Assembly: GCA_965261615.1 (NCBI GenBank) | Contig: OZ253461.1 | Location: forward strand, 1,273,223-1,337,222 | Direction: 5' to 3' | DNA: 64,000 bases | Source: Alphaproteobacteria bacterium | Lineage (GTDB): Bacteria > Pseudomonadota > Alphaproteobacteria > Bin98 | Shown: positions 52,997 through 62,470 of the stretch, piece by piece | Layout of the letters: the number at the start of each line of letters is the position of its first letter | Position numbering within the stretch: position 1 is the stretch's first letter | Translations under genes and position numbers: made by a program | The notes under the pieces: generated by a model | Seen by the model: the letters and a program-made list of their open reading frames with translations, nothing else | Told to the model about the DNA's origin: nothing | Database searches by the model: none

Positions 52997-53017
52997 ACGT
53001 TAAGTTAAAATCCCCTA

Positions 53018-53109
53018 TGGCGGAGAGAGGGGGATTCGAACCCCCGATACAGGTTACCCCGTATAACGATTTAGCAAACCGGCGCCTTCAGCCACTCAGC
53101 CATCTCTCC
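53018..53109 (-). tRNA. tRNA-Ser (anticodon GCT), long variable arm, CCA encoded
   Basis: GGAGAGATGGCTGAGTGG 5' end, anticodon loop UUGCUAA, long variable arm, T-loop GGGGGTTCGAATCCCCC. Confidence 0.82.
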
Positions 53110-53150
53110 GACACTATATTTTAATACAGCTACCATATACAAGCAACCCC

Positions 53151-53642
53151 CTATTCCCCCAAATTTGTATCAGATGGCGCATTAGCGGGCTCGTAAGGGT
53201 TGGCAATGTTCAGCTGTTTTAAAAGCTTAACCTCCATTGCCTCCATCTTTTCAGCTTCTTCCTCTTCTTCATGGTCATAGCCTAAAAGGTGCAGAAGTCC
53301 GTGAATAATTAAATGCATCAAATGATCTTCAAGGCTAATATTTTTTTCTTGCGCTTCTTGTTGAACGCGATCAAAACTCACGGCTATATCACCTAACAAG
53401 CGCTGTTTCGGCACAAAAGGGGCTGGAAAGGCCAAAACATTAGTGTCTTGATCTTTTTCTCTATAGTTATAATTTATTTTCTGTATAGCCTCTTTATTAG
53501 CCAAAAGAATAGACACTGTCTTGGCCTTAGTTTCATGACAGGAAAAAACTGTATTTAAAGCTTTACGCACCACAGACTTTACCTGAAAGTCTTGCCATCG
53601 TGAGTCCCTGATTAGCAGCTCAGGGCTAACCTTCATATGCAT
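53151..53642 (-). CDS. ybeY: Endoribonuclease YbeY (rRNA maturation)
   Basis: HGLLHLLGYDH zinc-binding motif. Confidence 0.93.
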   Translation of the reverse strand: MHMKVSPELLIRDSRWQDFQVKSVVRKALNTVFSCHETKAKTVSILLANKEAIQKINYNYREKDQDTNVLAFPAPFVPKQRLLGDIAVSFDRVQQEAQEKNISLEDHLMHLIIHGLLHLLGYDHEEEEEAEKMEAMEVKLLKQLNIANPYEPANAPSDTNLGE

Positions 53643-54597
53643 CTATAATCCTCGAAACTAACCCATGACGCACCACATCATTTTTAGAAAATATAGTACA
53701 GCCAACGCCCTCAATATTTTTTAGACGCTTTTGTGCGTCAAGCAAACCAGAGTCCTCTAAACTCGGCAAATCTGTTTGATGCGGATCCCCCGTGACCGCC
53801 ATATGCGATCCTTCTCCTAAACGAGTAAGAAACATCTTCATCTGAATTTTTGTTGCATTTTGAGCTTCATCCAGCACCACAAAACTTTGAGACAAAGTCC
53901 GTCCCCGCATAAACGCCAGAGGAGCAACCTCTATCATCCCATCAGCTAACATACGCTGTAGTTTAGCATCCTCAATAAAGTCGTACAATACATCATAAAG
54001 AGGGCGCATATAAGGGTCCACCTTTTCTTTCATATCACCGGGCAAAAAACCAATGCGCTCTCCAGCCTCCACAGCAGGGCGAGACAGCACCATTTTTTTC
54101 ACCTTTCGCTCAAGCAACAACCTTATACCATAAGCCACTGCAATATATGTTTTTCCTGTTCCTGCGGGGCCTAACGCAAAGGAGAGCGTATTGGACTGTA
54201 AAGACTGTACCAGCGCCAGCTGTGTTTTTGTACGCGCCGATACTGGACGCTTGCCAACCCAAAAAGCTGAGTTAGTCTTTTTTTCTTGTCCCCCTAGGCT
54301 GATTTTCACCAAACCCACGAGGTCAGCAACATCCACGTTACGCCCCTCACATGCCCAACTATAGGCCTCACGCAACGCGCAAAGTGCAGACTCCACATGC
54401 TGTGCCTGACCGTGAATCCACAGCTCATTACCACACAACCGCATGCGAACCGGAATCTGGTCTTCAATTGCATTAAGATTAATATTATTAGGGCCAACAA
54501 GAGCCTGCATAGCATAGTGGTTTTGCAAAACCACCTTTCTGTTTGTAATACCTTGGGTACTACCTTGCAAGCTCTCCTCCAACACCATGACCACCAA
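53626..54597 (-). CDS. ybeZ: PhoH-like ATPase (YbeZ)
   Basis: GPAGTGKTYIAVAYG Walker A; N-terminus aligns with E. coli PhoH-like, so the overlap with the miaB 3' end (>=29 nt) seems real. Confidence 0.9.
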   Translation of the reverse strand: MVVMVLEESLQGSTQGITNRKVVLQNHYAMQALVGPNNINLNAIEDQIPVRMRLCGNELWIHGQAQHVESALCALREAYSWACEGRNVDVADLVGLVKISLGGQEKKTNSAFWVGKRPVSARTKTQLALVQSLQSNTLSFALGPAGTGKTYIAVAYGIRLLLERKVKKMVLSRPAVEAGERIGFLPGDMKEKVDPYMRPLYDVLYDFIEDAKLQRMLADGMIEVAPLAFMRGRTLSQSFVVLDEAQNATKIQMKMFLTRLGEGSHMAVTGDPHQTDLPSLEDSGLLDAQKRLKNIEGVGCTIFSKNDVVRHGLVSRIIDAYEG

Positions 54598-55912
54598 CGT
54601 GATTAATTCTCACATCTACGATATCACCCAGCATATCACTTTCTGCCAAAACATACACAGACTGCATATACAGGCTATGCCCAACTAGCTGCCCAGGCTT
54701 GCGGCCATTTTTGTGGAACAACACTGGAACAGTACGACCCAACATTGTATGATTAAACTCATACTCATGTGCGTCCAATGAAGCCTGCAACTCGTATAAG
54801 CGCGCTTTTTTCACATCCTCTGGAACCTGCAGCCCATCAATGGCCGCTGGCGTACCTGGACGTTTACTATACGCAAAGCTGTATGAACGTGTGAACTTAA
54901 CCCGAGCAACCAAGTCTAGCGTATCAAGAAAATCTTGCTCCGTCTCCCCAGGAAAACCCACTATAAAGTCTGAAGAAAATTTCGTCTCCGGTCGAGCTTC
55001 TAAAAACATTTGTGTTACCTCAAGGTAGCGCTCACGCGTATGTTGACGGTTCATCTTCTTCAAAATAGCATTGGATCCAGACTGCACTGGCAAGTGGATC
55101 GAAGGCATCAGCTTCATACAATCACGATGTGCATCAGCAAGCTCTTGCGTCATATCACGCGGGTGCGAAGCTAGATAACGAATTCTTTGCAACTGTGGAA
55201 TGTTTGCAAGCTCCAGGCAAAGCTGGGCCAGCGTATATGTTCCGTTTCCGTTAGGCGATGCCCCATGATAGGCGCTTACATTTTGCCCCTGCAAAAAGAG
55301 CTCTTTTATCCCCTGATTAACTAGCGACTTCGCTTCATGCACAACCTCCGCCACAGTTCGAGAGTACTCTGGGCCACGCGTATACGGCACACAGCAAAAT
55401 GTACAAAACTTATCACACCCTTCTTGAATGGATAAAGTTGCAGAACCAGCATCACGGGCTTTAATCTCAGGAAGAAAATCAAACTTTGGCTCAACTGGAA
55501 ACTCTGTATTGACCCGGTAAGGTTGTATTCCTTGCTGCGCTTTTTCTCTCTTTAAGCGCTCTAACATTTCAGGCAGTGTATGATACACCTGTGAGCCAAG
55601 AACTAAATCCACATAAGGAGCACGATCCCGAATCATTTGCCCCTCCGCCTGACCAACACAGCCCATCACTACAATCGTGACTTCATCGCCTTTTTTTGCA
55701 GCCTCTTGTTTCCGTTCGTTATAACGGCCAAGCTCACTATACATTTTATCAGCTGCCTTCTCACGAATATTGCAAGTGTTAATAACAATAAGATTAGCAT
55801 CCGCATACCCTTTGGTTAGTGTATACCCATGATGCTCTAAAAGGTCCATAACCCGATAAGAGTCATAAAGATTTGATGCACATCCTTTCGATTCAATATA
55901 AGCTTTTTTCAT
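54560..55912 (-). CDS. miaB: tRNA-2-methylthio-N6-dimethylallyladenosine synthase (radical SAM methylthiotransferase)
   Basis: MTTase N-domain, CDKFCTFCCVP radical-SAM CxxxCxxC, TRAM C-terminus; start at the ATG forming an ATGA overlap with the upstream gene. Confidence 0.88.
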   Translation of the reverse strand: MKKAYIESKGCASNLYDSYRVMDLLEHHGYTLTKGYADANLIVINTCNIREKAADKMYSELGRYNERKQEAAKKGDEVTIVVMGCVGQAEGQMIRDRAPYVDLVLGSQVYHTLPEMLERLKREKAQQGIQPYRVNTEFPVEPKFDFLPEIKARDAGSATLSIQEGCDKFCTFCCVPYTRGPEYSRTVAEVVHEAKSLVNQGIKELFLQGQNVSAYHGASPNGNGTYTLAQLCLELANIPQLQRIRYLASHPRDMTQELADAHRDCMKLMPSIHLPVQSGSNAILKKMNRQHTRERYLEVTQMFLEARPETKFSSDFIVGFPGETEQDFLDTLDLVARVKFTRSYSFAYSKRPGTPAAIDGLQVPEDVKKARLYELQASLDAHEYEFNHTMLGRTVPVLFHKNGRKPGQLVGHSLYMQSVYVLAESDMLGDIVDVRINHVGGHGVGGELAR

Positions 55913-57315
55913 ACCGCTACACTCTTCCATCCTGCCGATATCGCCCGCACATGATCTGCATCCTCTGCAGACGACCTCACACTATTACTGCGAGAGCATT
56001 TCCATAACTCCTGTTGCACTTCCTGATCACTAAAAGGAACCGGTTCAACCATACTCTCTGCCACCCTTGGTGCTATTGTATCATAATTCACTTGTTGACG
56101 CACGTTGGATTCTTGCTCTTGACTATCATCCTCACTAACGCTGAGATCAGCTTTTGGCGCAGGGGCATAAAAATTCGATCGACTTTTATCACTTAGCGTT
56201 TGTAAGTTCATTAAAGCCTTTTCGCCCTTGGTTTCTTTAAGCTTTTTTTTGATATTACGCACTTTACCACGCTCTCCCCCAGGGGATTTCAGCTCTCGCT
56301 GGAGGGCTCCTTTTAAGTACTCCTTTTGGTCATGCAAGCTACGGTATCGATCCCCGACACTTTCAGAGGTCGTTATATCAGAGTAAAGGTCTTCTCCAGG
56401 CCCCAGTGCTTGCAAGTTCACCGAACATCGCCCCAGCTGCTGCTCTACATCTTTCAAAGATTTGCGTAAAGTTTTTAACTTTTTATCAATAGATTTAAGC
56501 TCTTTTGTGGAGGTGTCATCCGTTACTAGATCACTCCAAAACTTAATGTTACGATTCACACGTTGCCACTCACTAATCAAAGATTGGCAGTACAACTTAC
56601 GATCTTTTGCACGCAATTCGTCCACTGAGTCCTCATGCCTTGCGATAGGCTTTTTCACACGCAATTCGTCCACTGAGTCCTCATGTCTTGCGATAGGCTT
56701 TTTCAACTGACTCAGTTTCGCTTTAGGCTTAAATTGCGAAAGCTGCACACCCTTCCATAAGTCCTGCACTCCAGACACATCATCTTGACGCAACTGGACT
56801 TGCTCTTGGGGAGCTAGCTCGAGTGGCTTCACAGGTTCTGTGGGCAGTTCTATTGGTCCCTTTGAAGGATCTATCTTTGAGGTGGCTGTATTCGCCGCAT
56901 CCGTCACTACTGGCTTCACAGGCGTCCTCTCTTTGTGAGAAAAGTCCCCTTCTGTAAGCCGAGCTACCCTTTCACCGGCATGTTGGCCCGTTCGCTTGCC
57001 AATACTAATAGGAGAGCCAATTGGCATTGGGTCATCGTCCTCTACGTATTCCTCTACTGTTGTTTTGCTGGCCATAGGCTCCATATCACCTTTGCTCGTT
57101 TTATTCGTCGTCTTGTTAGCAACAGCATAGCTGCCCTTAAAAGCTGCATTTGTTGTAGATTGAAAATTTGCTTCATCTGCACCTTCAACCTCTCGCAAAG
57201 CCTCTAAGTCCTCCATGTCTTGCGCCACACATAAAAGTTCTGTGTCCACAATCGCATCCTCCCCACTCACGGAGGCTGTCAAAATCAATCCAAAAAAAGT
57301 GACCAAAATTACCAT
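55909..57315 (-). CDS. Hypothetical secreted/surface protein with signal peptide and internal 16-aa tandem repeat (KKPIARHEDSVDELR[V/A] x2), coiled-coil-like K/E-rich regions
   Basis: 468 aa; hydrophobic N-terminus MVILVTFFGLILTASVSG; 48-nt direct repeat visible in DNA; translationally coupled (ATGA) to miaB. Confidence 0.7.
   Translation of the reverse strand: MVILVTFFGLILTASVSGEDAIVDTELLCVAQDMEDLEALREVEGADEANFQSTTNAAFKGSYAVANKTTNKTSKGDMEPMASKTTVEEYVEDDDPMPIGSPISIGKRTGQHAGERVARLTEGDFSHKERTPVKPVVTDAANTATSKIDPSKGPIELPTEPVKPLELAPQEQVQLRQDDVSGVQDLWKGVQLSQFKPKAKLSQLKKPIARHEDSVDELRVKKPIARHEDSVDELRAKDRKLYCQSLISEWQRVNRNIKFWSDLVTDDTSTKELKSIDKKLKTLRKSLKDVEQQLGRCSVNLQALGPGEDLYSDITTSESVGDRYRSLHDQKEYLKGALQRELKSPGGERGKVRNIKKKLKETKGEKALMNLQTLSDKSRSNFYAPAPKADLSVSEDDSQEQESNVRQQVNYDTIAPRVAESMVEPVPFSDQEVQQELWKCSRSNSVRSSAEDADHVRAISAGWKSVAV
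56611..56706. repeat. Tandem direct repeat, 48-bp unit x2 (2 mismatches) plus a partial third unit upstream
   Basis: Units 56611-56658 and 56659-56706: ACGCAATTCGTCCACTGAGTCCTCATG[C/T]CTTGCGATAGGCTTTTTCA[C/A]. Confidence 0.9.
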
Positions 57316-58742
57316 AAGCTTGGAAAACTAAAGTTACCAGAGAAAAACAAGTAGTCTATTAAATAAAAAACCGGCAGAAGAACAGCACAAGACAGTAAAG
57401 AGTATTTAAAAAATCCAGGCATTTTCATGCCATAAGACTCTACTGTAGACTTAACCATTAAGTTTGGTGCGTTTCCTATGTAAGTTAACGCCCCCATAAA
57501 TACAGCTCCAGACCCAATAGCTGCAAGCAAGTGCTGCATGTTTTCTGACAGCTTCCAAATACTACACTTAGTAAGATGAACAAACATCAAATAAGTGGGG
57601 GCATTGTCCAGCAGGCTTGAGAAGAACCCAGTGCCCCAAAAGTATCGACTAGCAGATCCAGGTTGACACTGAGAAAACCACTCTAAAATACCTTGAACCG
57701 AACTATGCCCTCTTTCCAAAAGCGCCAGTGCAGGAACAACCAAAATAAAAATTGCGCAGAATATAACTAATACTTCCTGTAAGGGTTTAAGAGTAAACCC
57801 ATTGTGTTTACGCACCACTTTTGGCGTGCACTTGTAAGACATAAGTGCACAAAGACAAAGTGTTAGATCACGCCCAGCAGAAACCCAATCATACCCATCT
57901 GGCGCGGACGACTTAGCCTGCAAAACACCACTCACAACAAGGGCTGCAACTATTCCAAGAAGAAACACAAAGTTTCGCTTGCCTTGAAAAATACGCGGCC
58001 CCACATCTTTTTGCAAAACATTCCTATCATACTTCCGAAAATAGAAGGTATCTACCGCAAAAAACACTGTCAACACTAGCGCTAACGCTGTAATAGTCGG
58101 GAAGAACATATAACGCAACGGCCACAAAAAAGGAACTCCGTTTAAAAATCCCAAAAATAAAGGTGGGTCACCTAGAGGCGTCAGCGCACCTCCTACATTC
58201 GACACAATTAAGATAAAAAATATAATGGCATGAACGATATGCTTACGCCCCGTATTAGCTTGATAAAAGGGCCGGATAAAAATCATCGACGCCCCCGTTG
58301 TCCCAACCAAGCTTGCCAGAAGGCCCGCACCCCCTAAAAACAGCGTATTTTTTAGGGGGGTAGATTGATACAGACCGTCACATCGAATGTGCCCTGTTAC
58401 AACATATAACGAAGAAATAAGCACACCAAAAGGCAAAAATTCTATAACTAATGCGCGATAAATCAGCCGCATCAAAAGAGAAAGGTCTCCAGCCTGCAAG
58501 AACATAACGCCAAACAAAAACCCCCAAAAGGCCATAACCTTAGGGTAATGGTTTCCCCAAAACTGCTCACGCAGAACCGGGAAAACAGCTAAAGACAACA
58601 ACACCCCAAAAAACGGCAAAGCTAACCAAGCGGACAAATCATCTGGACATACACCTCCCGCACTCGCGAGCATCTGCAGTGGGGAGAACAATAAACCACC
58701 CACAATGAGACTTGCAGGCGACGTAACTATAGATCTACTCAT
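57309..58742 (-). CDS. NhaD/ArsB-superfamily ion transporter (Na+/H+ antiporter NhaD-like)
   Basis: 477 aa polytopic membrane protein, GDPPLFLGFLNG motif typical of the NhaD/ArsB family. Confidence 0.7.
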   Translation of the reverse strand: MSRSIVTSPASLIVGGLLFSPLQMLASAGGVCPDDLSAWLALPFFGVLLSLAVFPVLREQFWGNHYPKVMAFWGFLFGVMFLQAGDLSLLMRLIYRALVIEFLPFGVLISSLYVVTGHIRCDGLYQSTPLKNTLFLGGAGLLASLVGTTGASMIFIRPFYQANTGRKHIVHAIIFFILIVSNVGGALTPLGDPPLFLGFLNGVPFLWPLRYMFFPTITALALVLTVFFAVDTFYFRKYDRNVLQKDVGPRIFQGKRNFVFLLGIVAALVVSGVLQAKSSAPDGYDWVSAGRDLTLCLCALMSYKCTPKVVRKHNGFTLKPLQEVLVIFCAIFILVVPALALLERGHSSVQGILEWFSQCQPGSASRYFWGTGFFSSLLDNAPTYLMFVHLTKCSIWKLSENMQHLLAAIGSGAVFMGALTYIGNAPNLMVKSTVESYGMKMPGFFKYSLLSCAVLLPVFYLIDYLFFSGNFSFPSLW

Positions 58743-58836
58743 TCAGATTAACCATATCACAAAAAGCAAAATGAAAACAGCACAAAAAACGCCAATCCAT
58801 GCAATTGCTGCCCTTAATTGAACGATTCGGTTGCTT

Positions 58837-60189
58837 CTATTCCGATTTGCAGGCTTGCGCATATTGCCTCACTCTCTCTTGTATTTCGTTTTTCCCTAAA
58901 GCTTCCATTAAGCTGAACACTGGTGGAGAAACAAGGGACCCTGTAATGGCCAATCGCAACGGCTGAGCCACTTTTACTAACTTAAGATCTACACTAACTG
59001 CAAACTCACGACACTTGGCTTCTAAAGCGGGCCCTACCCATTCCACACCCTCACAAAACTCTAGGTATTTTTGCACCACCTCAAGCCCTTCCTGGGAAAG
59101 TTCGTGATACTGCTCTGGCCGTTTAAATATTGCAAGCCCATCAGCAATATCATGCAGTGTTTTTGCTCTTTGCGCAATCAGTGGCATCAAAGCTTTCGCT
59201 TTCTCTTCCTCGTCCGGTGTGAAGTCTATACGCTTAAACTCTTGACTATATTGCAGCAAACGGTCAGCAGGCAGTTGCTGCATATGATATTGATTGAAAT
59301 GCTGTAGCTTTTTCATGTCAAACCGTGCACTGGATTTGCTCAGGCTATGCACATCAAAAAGCTCAAGGATTTCTGCAATTGTTAAATGCTCTTTGTCCTT
59401 CAAGCCCCACCCCATACGGGCAAGAACATTCCACATACTTTCGGGAATAAATCCCAGATCACGAAATTCCAAAACATTACAAGCCCCATGGCGCTTGGAT
59501 AGTTTTTTACCGTCTTCTCCATGGATAAGGGGCAAGTGTGCATACACGGGAGCGTCCCAGTTTAAAGCTTTTAAAATTTGCAACTGCCGCATAGTATTCG
59601 TTAAGTGGTCCACTCCACGCACTACGTGCGTAACGCCCATATCATGATCATCCACCGCAACCCCTAGAAGGTAAGTAGAGTCTCCATTTTGCCGCAATAA
59701 CACCATATCATCCAGCTCTTCATTAGAAACCTCCACATCGCTATACACCAAGTCATGAAAAGAAGTGCTCCCCTCCAGAGGCCTCTTTAAACGCAAAGCA
59801 CCTGAACTCTCCTGTCGATCACGACACGCACACGGCCCTTTTTGTGCAACGATTTTGCCATCATAATCTGGCGGACAAACACAATAATATGCCAACCCTT
59901 TCGCCAACAGGTCCTGTGCTACCTCTATATGCCGGCTCTTACGCTTCGATTGAAACACAACATCCTCATCCCAGTCTAGGCCTAGCCAGCGCAAGCCGTC
60001 TAAAATGCTTTCCTCAAATTCTTTTTTTGACCTTTTTTGATCTGTATCCTCCATACGCAGCAAAAACTTTCCGCCAGCTTGTCGTGCGACAATCCAGTTG
60101 AACAAAGCGGTACGGGCTCCTCCAAGGTGAAGCATTCCTGTGGGTGATGGCGCAAAGCGCAATCGAATATTATTTCCTAATTTTGTCAT
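58837..60189 (-). CDS. gltX: Glutamyl-tRNA synthetase
   Basis: RFAPSPTGMLHLGGARTA (HIGH) and KLSKRHG (KMSKS) motifs. Confidence 0.95.
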   Translation of the reverse strand: MTKLGNNIRLRFAPSPTGMLHLGGARTALFNWIVARQAGGKFLLRMEDTDQKRSKKEFEESILDGLRWLGLDWDEDVVFQSKRKSRHIEVAQDLLAKGLAYYCVCPPDYDGKIVAQKGPCACRDRQESSGALRLKRPLEGSTSFHDLVYSDVEVSNEELDDMVLLRQNGDSTYLLGVAVDDHDMGVTHVVRGVDHLTNTMRQLQILKALNWDAPVYAHLPLIHGEDGKKLSKRHGACNVLEFRDLGFIPESMWNVLARMGWGLKDKEHLTIAEILELFDVHSLSKSSARFDMKKLQHFNQYHMQQLPADRLLQYSQEFKRIDFTPDEEEKAKALMPLIAQRAKTLHDIADGLAIFKRPEQYHELSQEGLEVVQKYLEFCEGVEWVGPALEAKCREFAVSVDLKLVKVAQPLRLAITGSLVSPPVFSLMEALGKNEIQERVRQYAQACKSE

Positions 60190-60223
60190 CTACTATTCTC
60201 AAGAAAATTATAAAGCACAAACC

Positions 60224-60658
60224 TTAAAAAACAAAATATCCACGCAATACTTGATAGAAAGCTAGCGTCACACATGTCAGCGCCCCCGCAAGAAGGTCAT
60301 CCCACATAATGCCATGACATCCCGGAAGTTTTTCTGCTGCCCCTACTATCATAGGCTTTGTTATATCTAAAAATCGAAATATCAAAAATCCAAAAATAAG
60401 GCACTCATAAGGCATACCTATTAGAGCCACTGACTGTCCTGCAACCTCATCGAGCACAACATACGAAGGGTCTTTTTCGTTTGGGAACATCACAGAGAAT
60501 CTCCACACAAGACCATAACAAGCCGCCACTATCACCAAAGCAAAACTAAAGCTAATAGGGCCAAAAATCCCCACAGCAAAAGTTGTCGCTAAGCTGGCCA
60601 TTGTTCCAGGAATCGGCAAAAAACCAATTCCACCTAAAGCATTTATTTTTTTAATCAT
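60224..60658 (-). CDS. pgpA: Phosphatidylglycerophosphatase A
   Basis: 144 aa membrane protein, GIMWDDLLAG PgpA motif. Confidence 0.85.
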   Translation of the reverse strand: MIKKINALGGIGFLPIPGTMASLATTFAVGIFGPISFSFALVIVAACYGLVWRFSVMFPNEKDPSYVVLDEVAGQSVALIGMPYECLIFGFLIFRFLDITKPMIVGAAEKLPGCHGIMWDDLLAGALTCVTLAFYQVLRGYFVF

Positions 60659-61763
60659 GAAAGCTCCCTATTGCACATAAACTTTTCGTCGCTAAAGCCT
60701 GTAAGACGGCTCCACCTGCTGTTGAGCACTGAAAGTTTGTATACTCTAAGTGCCCCCCCAATGCAGCAACCGTATCTCCACCACCCACTAAGCCATACAC
60801 AAAGTCTGATTTTTGGCTTACGGCGCTAAGCGCTCGCGCAATTGCGTGTGTGCCCTCCCGGCCATCAGCATTCTCATAGTAACCTAAAGGACCATTTACA
60901 AAAAACGAGGTGCCGCGCATGATGCGATTGCAGTAATGCCTTTGAGTAAAGGGGCCGATATCAATTATTTCCTCTGCAGAACAGTCTTCCATTGGTTTCA
61001 CACCTAAACACGTTACCACATCCTCAGGGCATAAAATTTTATGGAGGTAAGGCTTTACTGCATTAAGCCGGAAGTCTTCATCGCGAAGCATGCGCATATA
61101 TGCAAAAGCCATAAGCCCTCCCAACATTACGCAAGACACGCGCGGCAATAACGCCTCTAAGCAAGGAAGTTTTGTTTCTATCTTAGATCCACCCAGCACT
61201 AATATACCGCCTTCAATTAAGCTATCCAGCTCCTGCACCATCTGCCACTCTTGTTGACACGACAGTCCTAAATAAGTGGGCAGACTGTTTTGCAAGCCCA
61301 CAACACTAGCATGTGCACGATGCGCCACTGAAAACCCCTCAAATACAAAGCAGTCCCCACGCGCTGCAAGCAGGTCTACAAATAAAGATGAACATGTTGA
61401 CTCTTCAGGATAAAATCGCACGTTTTCGCATAAAGTAAGTGGCGCGCTATGGCCCTTCCACAAAGCGTTAAGAGGTGCAGGGTCAAACACAACCGGCTCA
61501 CCCAATACTTGACTCACAGCTCTGACTAAATGCTGCGTCGACCAATCACTTTCTGACTGAAGGGGGCGCCCCCAGTGCGTAAGAAGGCGCACCTTCAGAC
61601 CACGACTGCGCAAAAAATCAATAGTTTTTTTGCTATCTAAAATACGTGTAGTGTCTGCTATTTCGCCGCTTTCTGTTCGAGGCAAATTATAGTCCACGCG
61701 CACTAGCACAGAGCCAAAATCAGAATCAATACAGCGCAAGTCACGCACAGGGCTACTCAACAT
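60651..61763 (-). CDS. pgk: Phosphoglycerate kinase
   Basis: VRVDYNLP N-terminal motif, GGGDTVAA C-terminal motif; no SD of its own; start overlaps the upstream small ORF. Confidence 0.9.
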   Translation of the reverse strand: MLSSPVRDLRCIDSDFGSVLVRVDYNLPRTESGEIADTTRILDSKKTIDFLRSRGLKVRLLTHWGRPLQSESDWSTQHLVRAVSQVLGEPVVFDPAPLNALWKGHSAPLTLCENVRFYPEESTCSSLFVDLLAARGDCFVFEGFSVAHRAHASVVGLQNSLPTYLGLSCQQEWQMVQELDSLIEGGILVLGGSKIETKLPCLEALLPRVSCVMLGGLMAFAYMRMLRDEDFRLNAVKPYLHKILCPEDVVTCLGVKPMEDCSAEEIIDIGPFTQRHYCNRIMRGTSFFVNGPLGYYENADGREGTHAIARALSAVSQKSDFVYGLVGGGDTVAALGGHLEYTNFQCSTAGGAVLQALATKSLCAIGSFHD

Positions 61764-61869
61764 TTAACAAAACAACCACCTCTTCTGTGCTGGGTTGTAC
61801 CTGAACAAACATCAACATTACAAAAATCAAGACACTGGTTGCACCCACTAACGCTATCCACTTTCGCAT
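61753..61869 (-). CDS. Unannotated small ORF, 38 aa hydrophobic peptide (MRKWIALVGATSVLIFVMLMFVQVQPSTEEVVVLLNVE), overlapping the pgk start by 11 nt
   Basis: Manual translation; strong RBS GGAGAGG 4 nt before the ATG; too short for the ORF track. Confidence 0.5.
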   Translation of the reverse strand: MRKWIALVGATSVLIFVMLMFVQVQPSTEEVVVLLNVE

Positions 61870-61884
61870 ATTACCTCTCCACTT

Positions 61885-61914
61885 ATTTTATGCCTGCATG
61901 ATCAAGAATTTCAA
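61885..61914 (-). promoter_or_regulatory. Candidate promoter TTGAAA(61909-61914)-18-TAAAAT(61885-61890) for the small-ORF/pgk unit
   Basis: Read on the minus strand just after the SH3 gene stop. Confidence 0.4.
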
Positions 61915-61960
61915 GAAAATAGTCTCAAATTTCATCAATTTAAATAAGATCTTCAAAAAT

Positions 61961-62470
61961 TTACGCACTACCCCCCCAAACATTTTGAGCCATCAACCAA
62001 CCACGCACTTTTCTTTTTTTGTCCACAAGACATACACGGCACCACTCAGCTTTCTGGCGCTTCAGCTCCACACACACACCTTGATCCACAAAAGCAAGAA
62101 CCTTAGAGCGTTCATTGTTACTCTTATAAACCGAGACATCTTTCAACGTAATTACATAACGTTTCCGTCTACTGCACAATCGGCGATGAACCCACCCCTG
62201 CTCACCTTGAAAGTCCTGCAGACACATCCAGTCCTCATACTCCCGTAGAACCTTCATCGGCAAATGTTTTTTTGTGTAAGTGTACTTGCAGGGGTAGTCC
62301 ATATGTGGGCCCAAGCGCATATTGACTTTCTCGCTGCGCAAAAACACATAGTCATCACCCTGTGGGTGCAAAACAAAGTCTAAAATTCTATCAAAATAGC
62401 ACAGCCCTGCAACACAAGCTATCACAACGCCGGCCACACACCATAATAATTTCACGTCAATTACCAGCAA
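61961..62470 (-). CDS. SH3 domain-containing protein (bacterial SH3b, N-terminal TM anchor)
   Basis: 169 aa; N-terminal hydrophobic helix, two SH3b-like segments (YVFLRSEKVNMRLGP..., VYKSNNERSKVLAFVDQGVCVELK...GWL). Confidence 0.6.
   Translation of the reverse strand: MLVIDVKLLWCVAGVVIACVAGLCYFDRILDFVLHPQGDDYVFLRSEKVNMRLGPHMDYPCKYTYTKKHLPMKVLREYEDWMCLQDFQGEQGWVHRRLCSRRKRYVITLKDVSVYKSNNERSKVLAFVDQGVCVELKRQKAEWCRVCLVDKKRKVRGWLMAQNVWGGSA

Noticed and set aside
61898-62248. 116-aa plus-strand ORF overlapping the SH3-domain gene and the small-ORF promoter
   Set aside because: Antisense to a better-supported gene; no RBS
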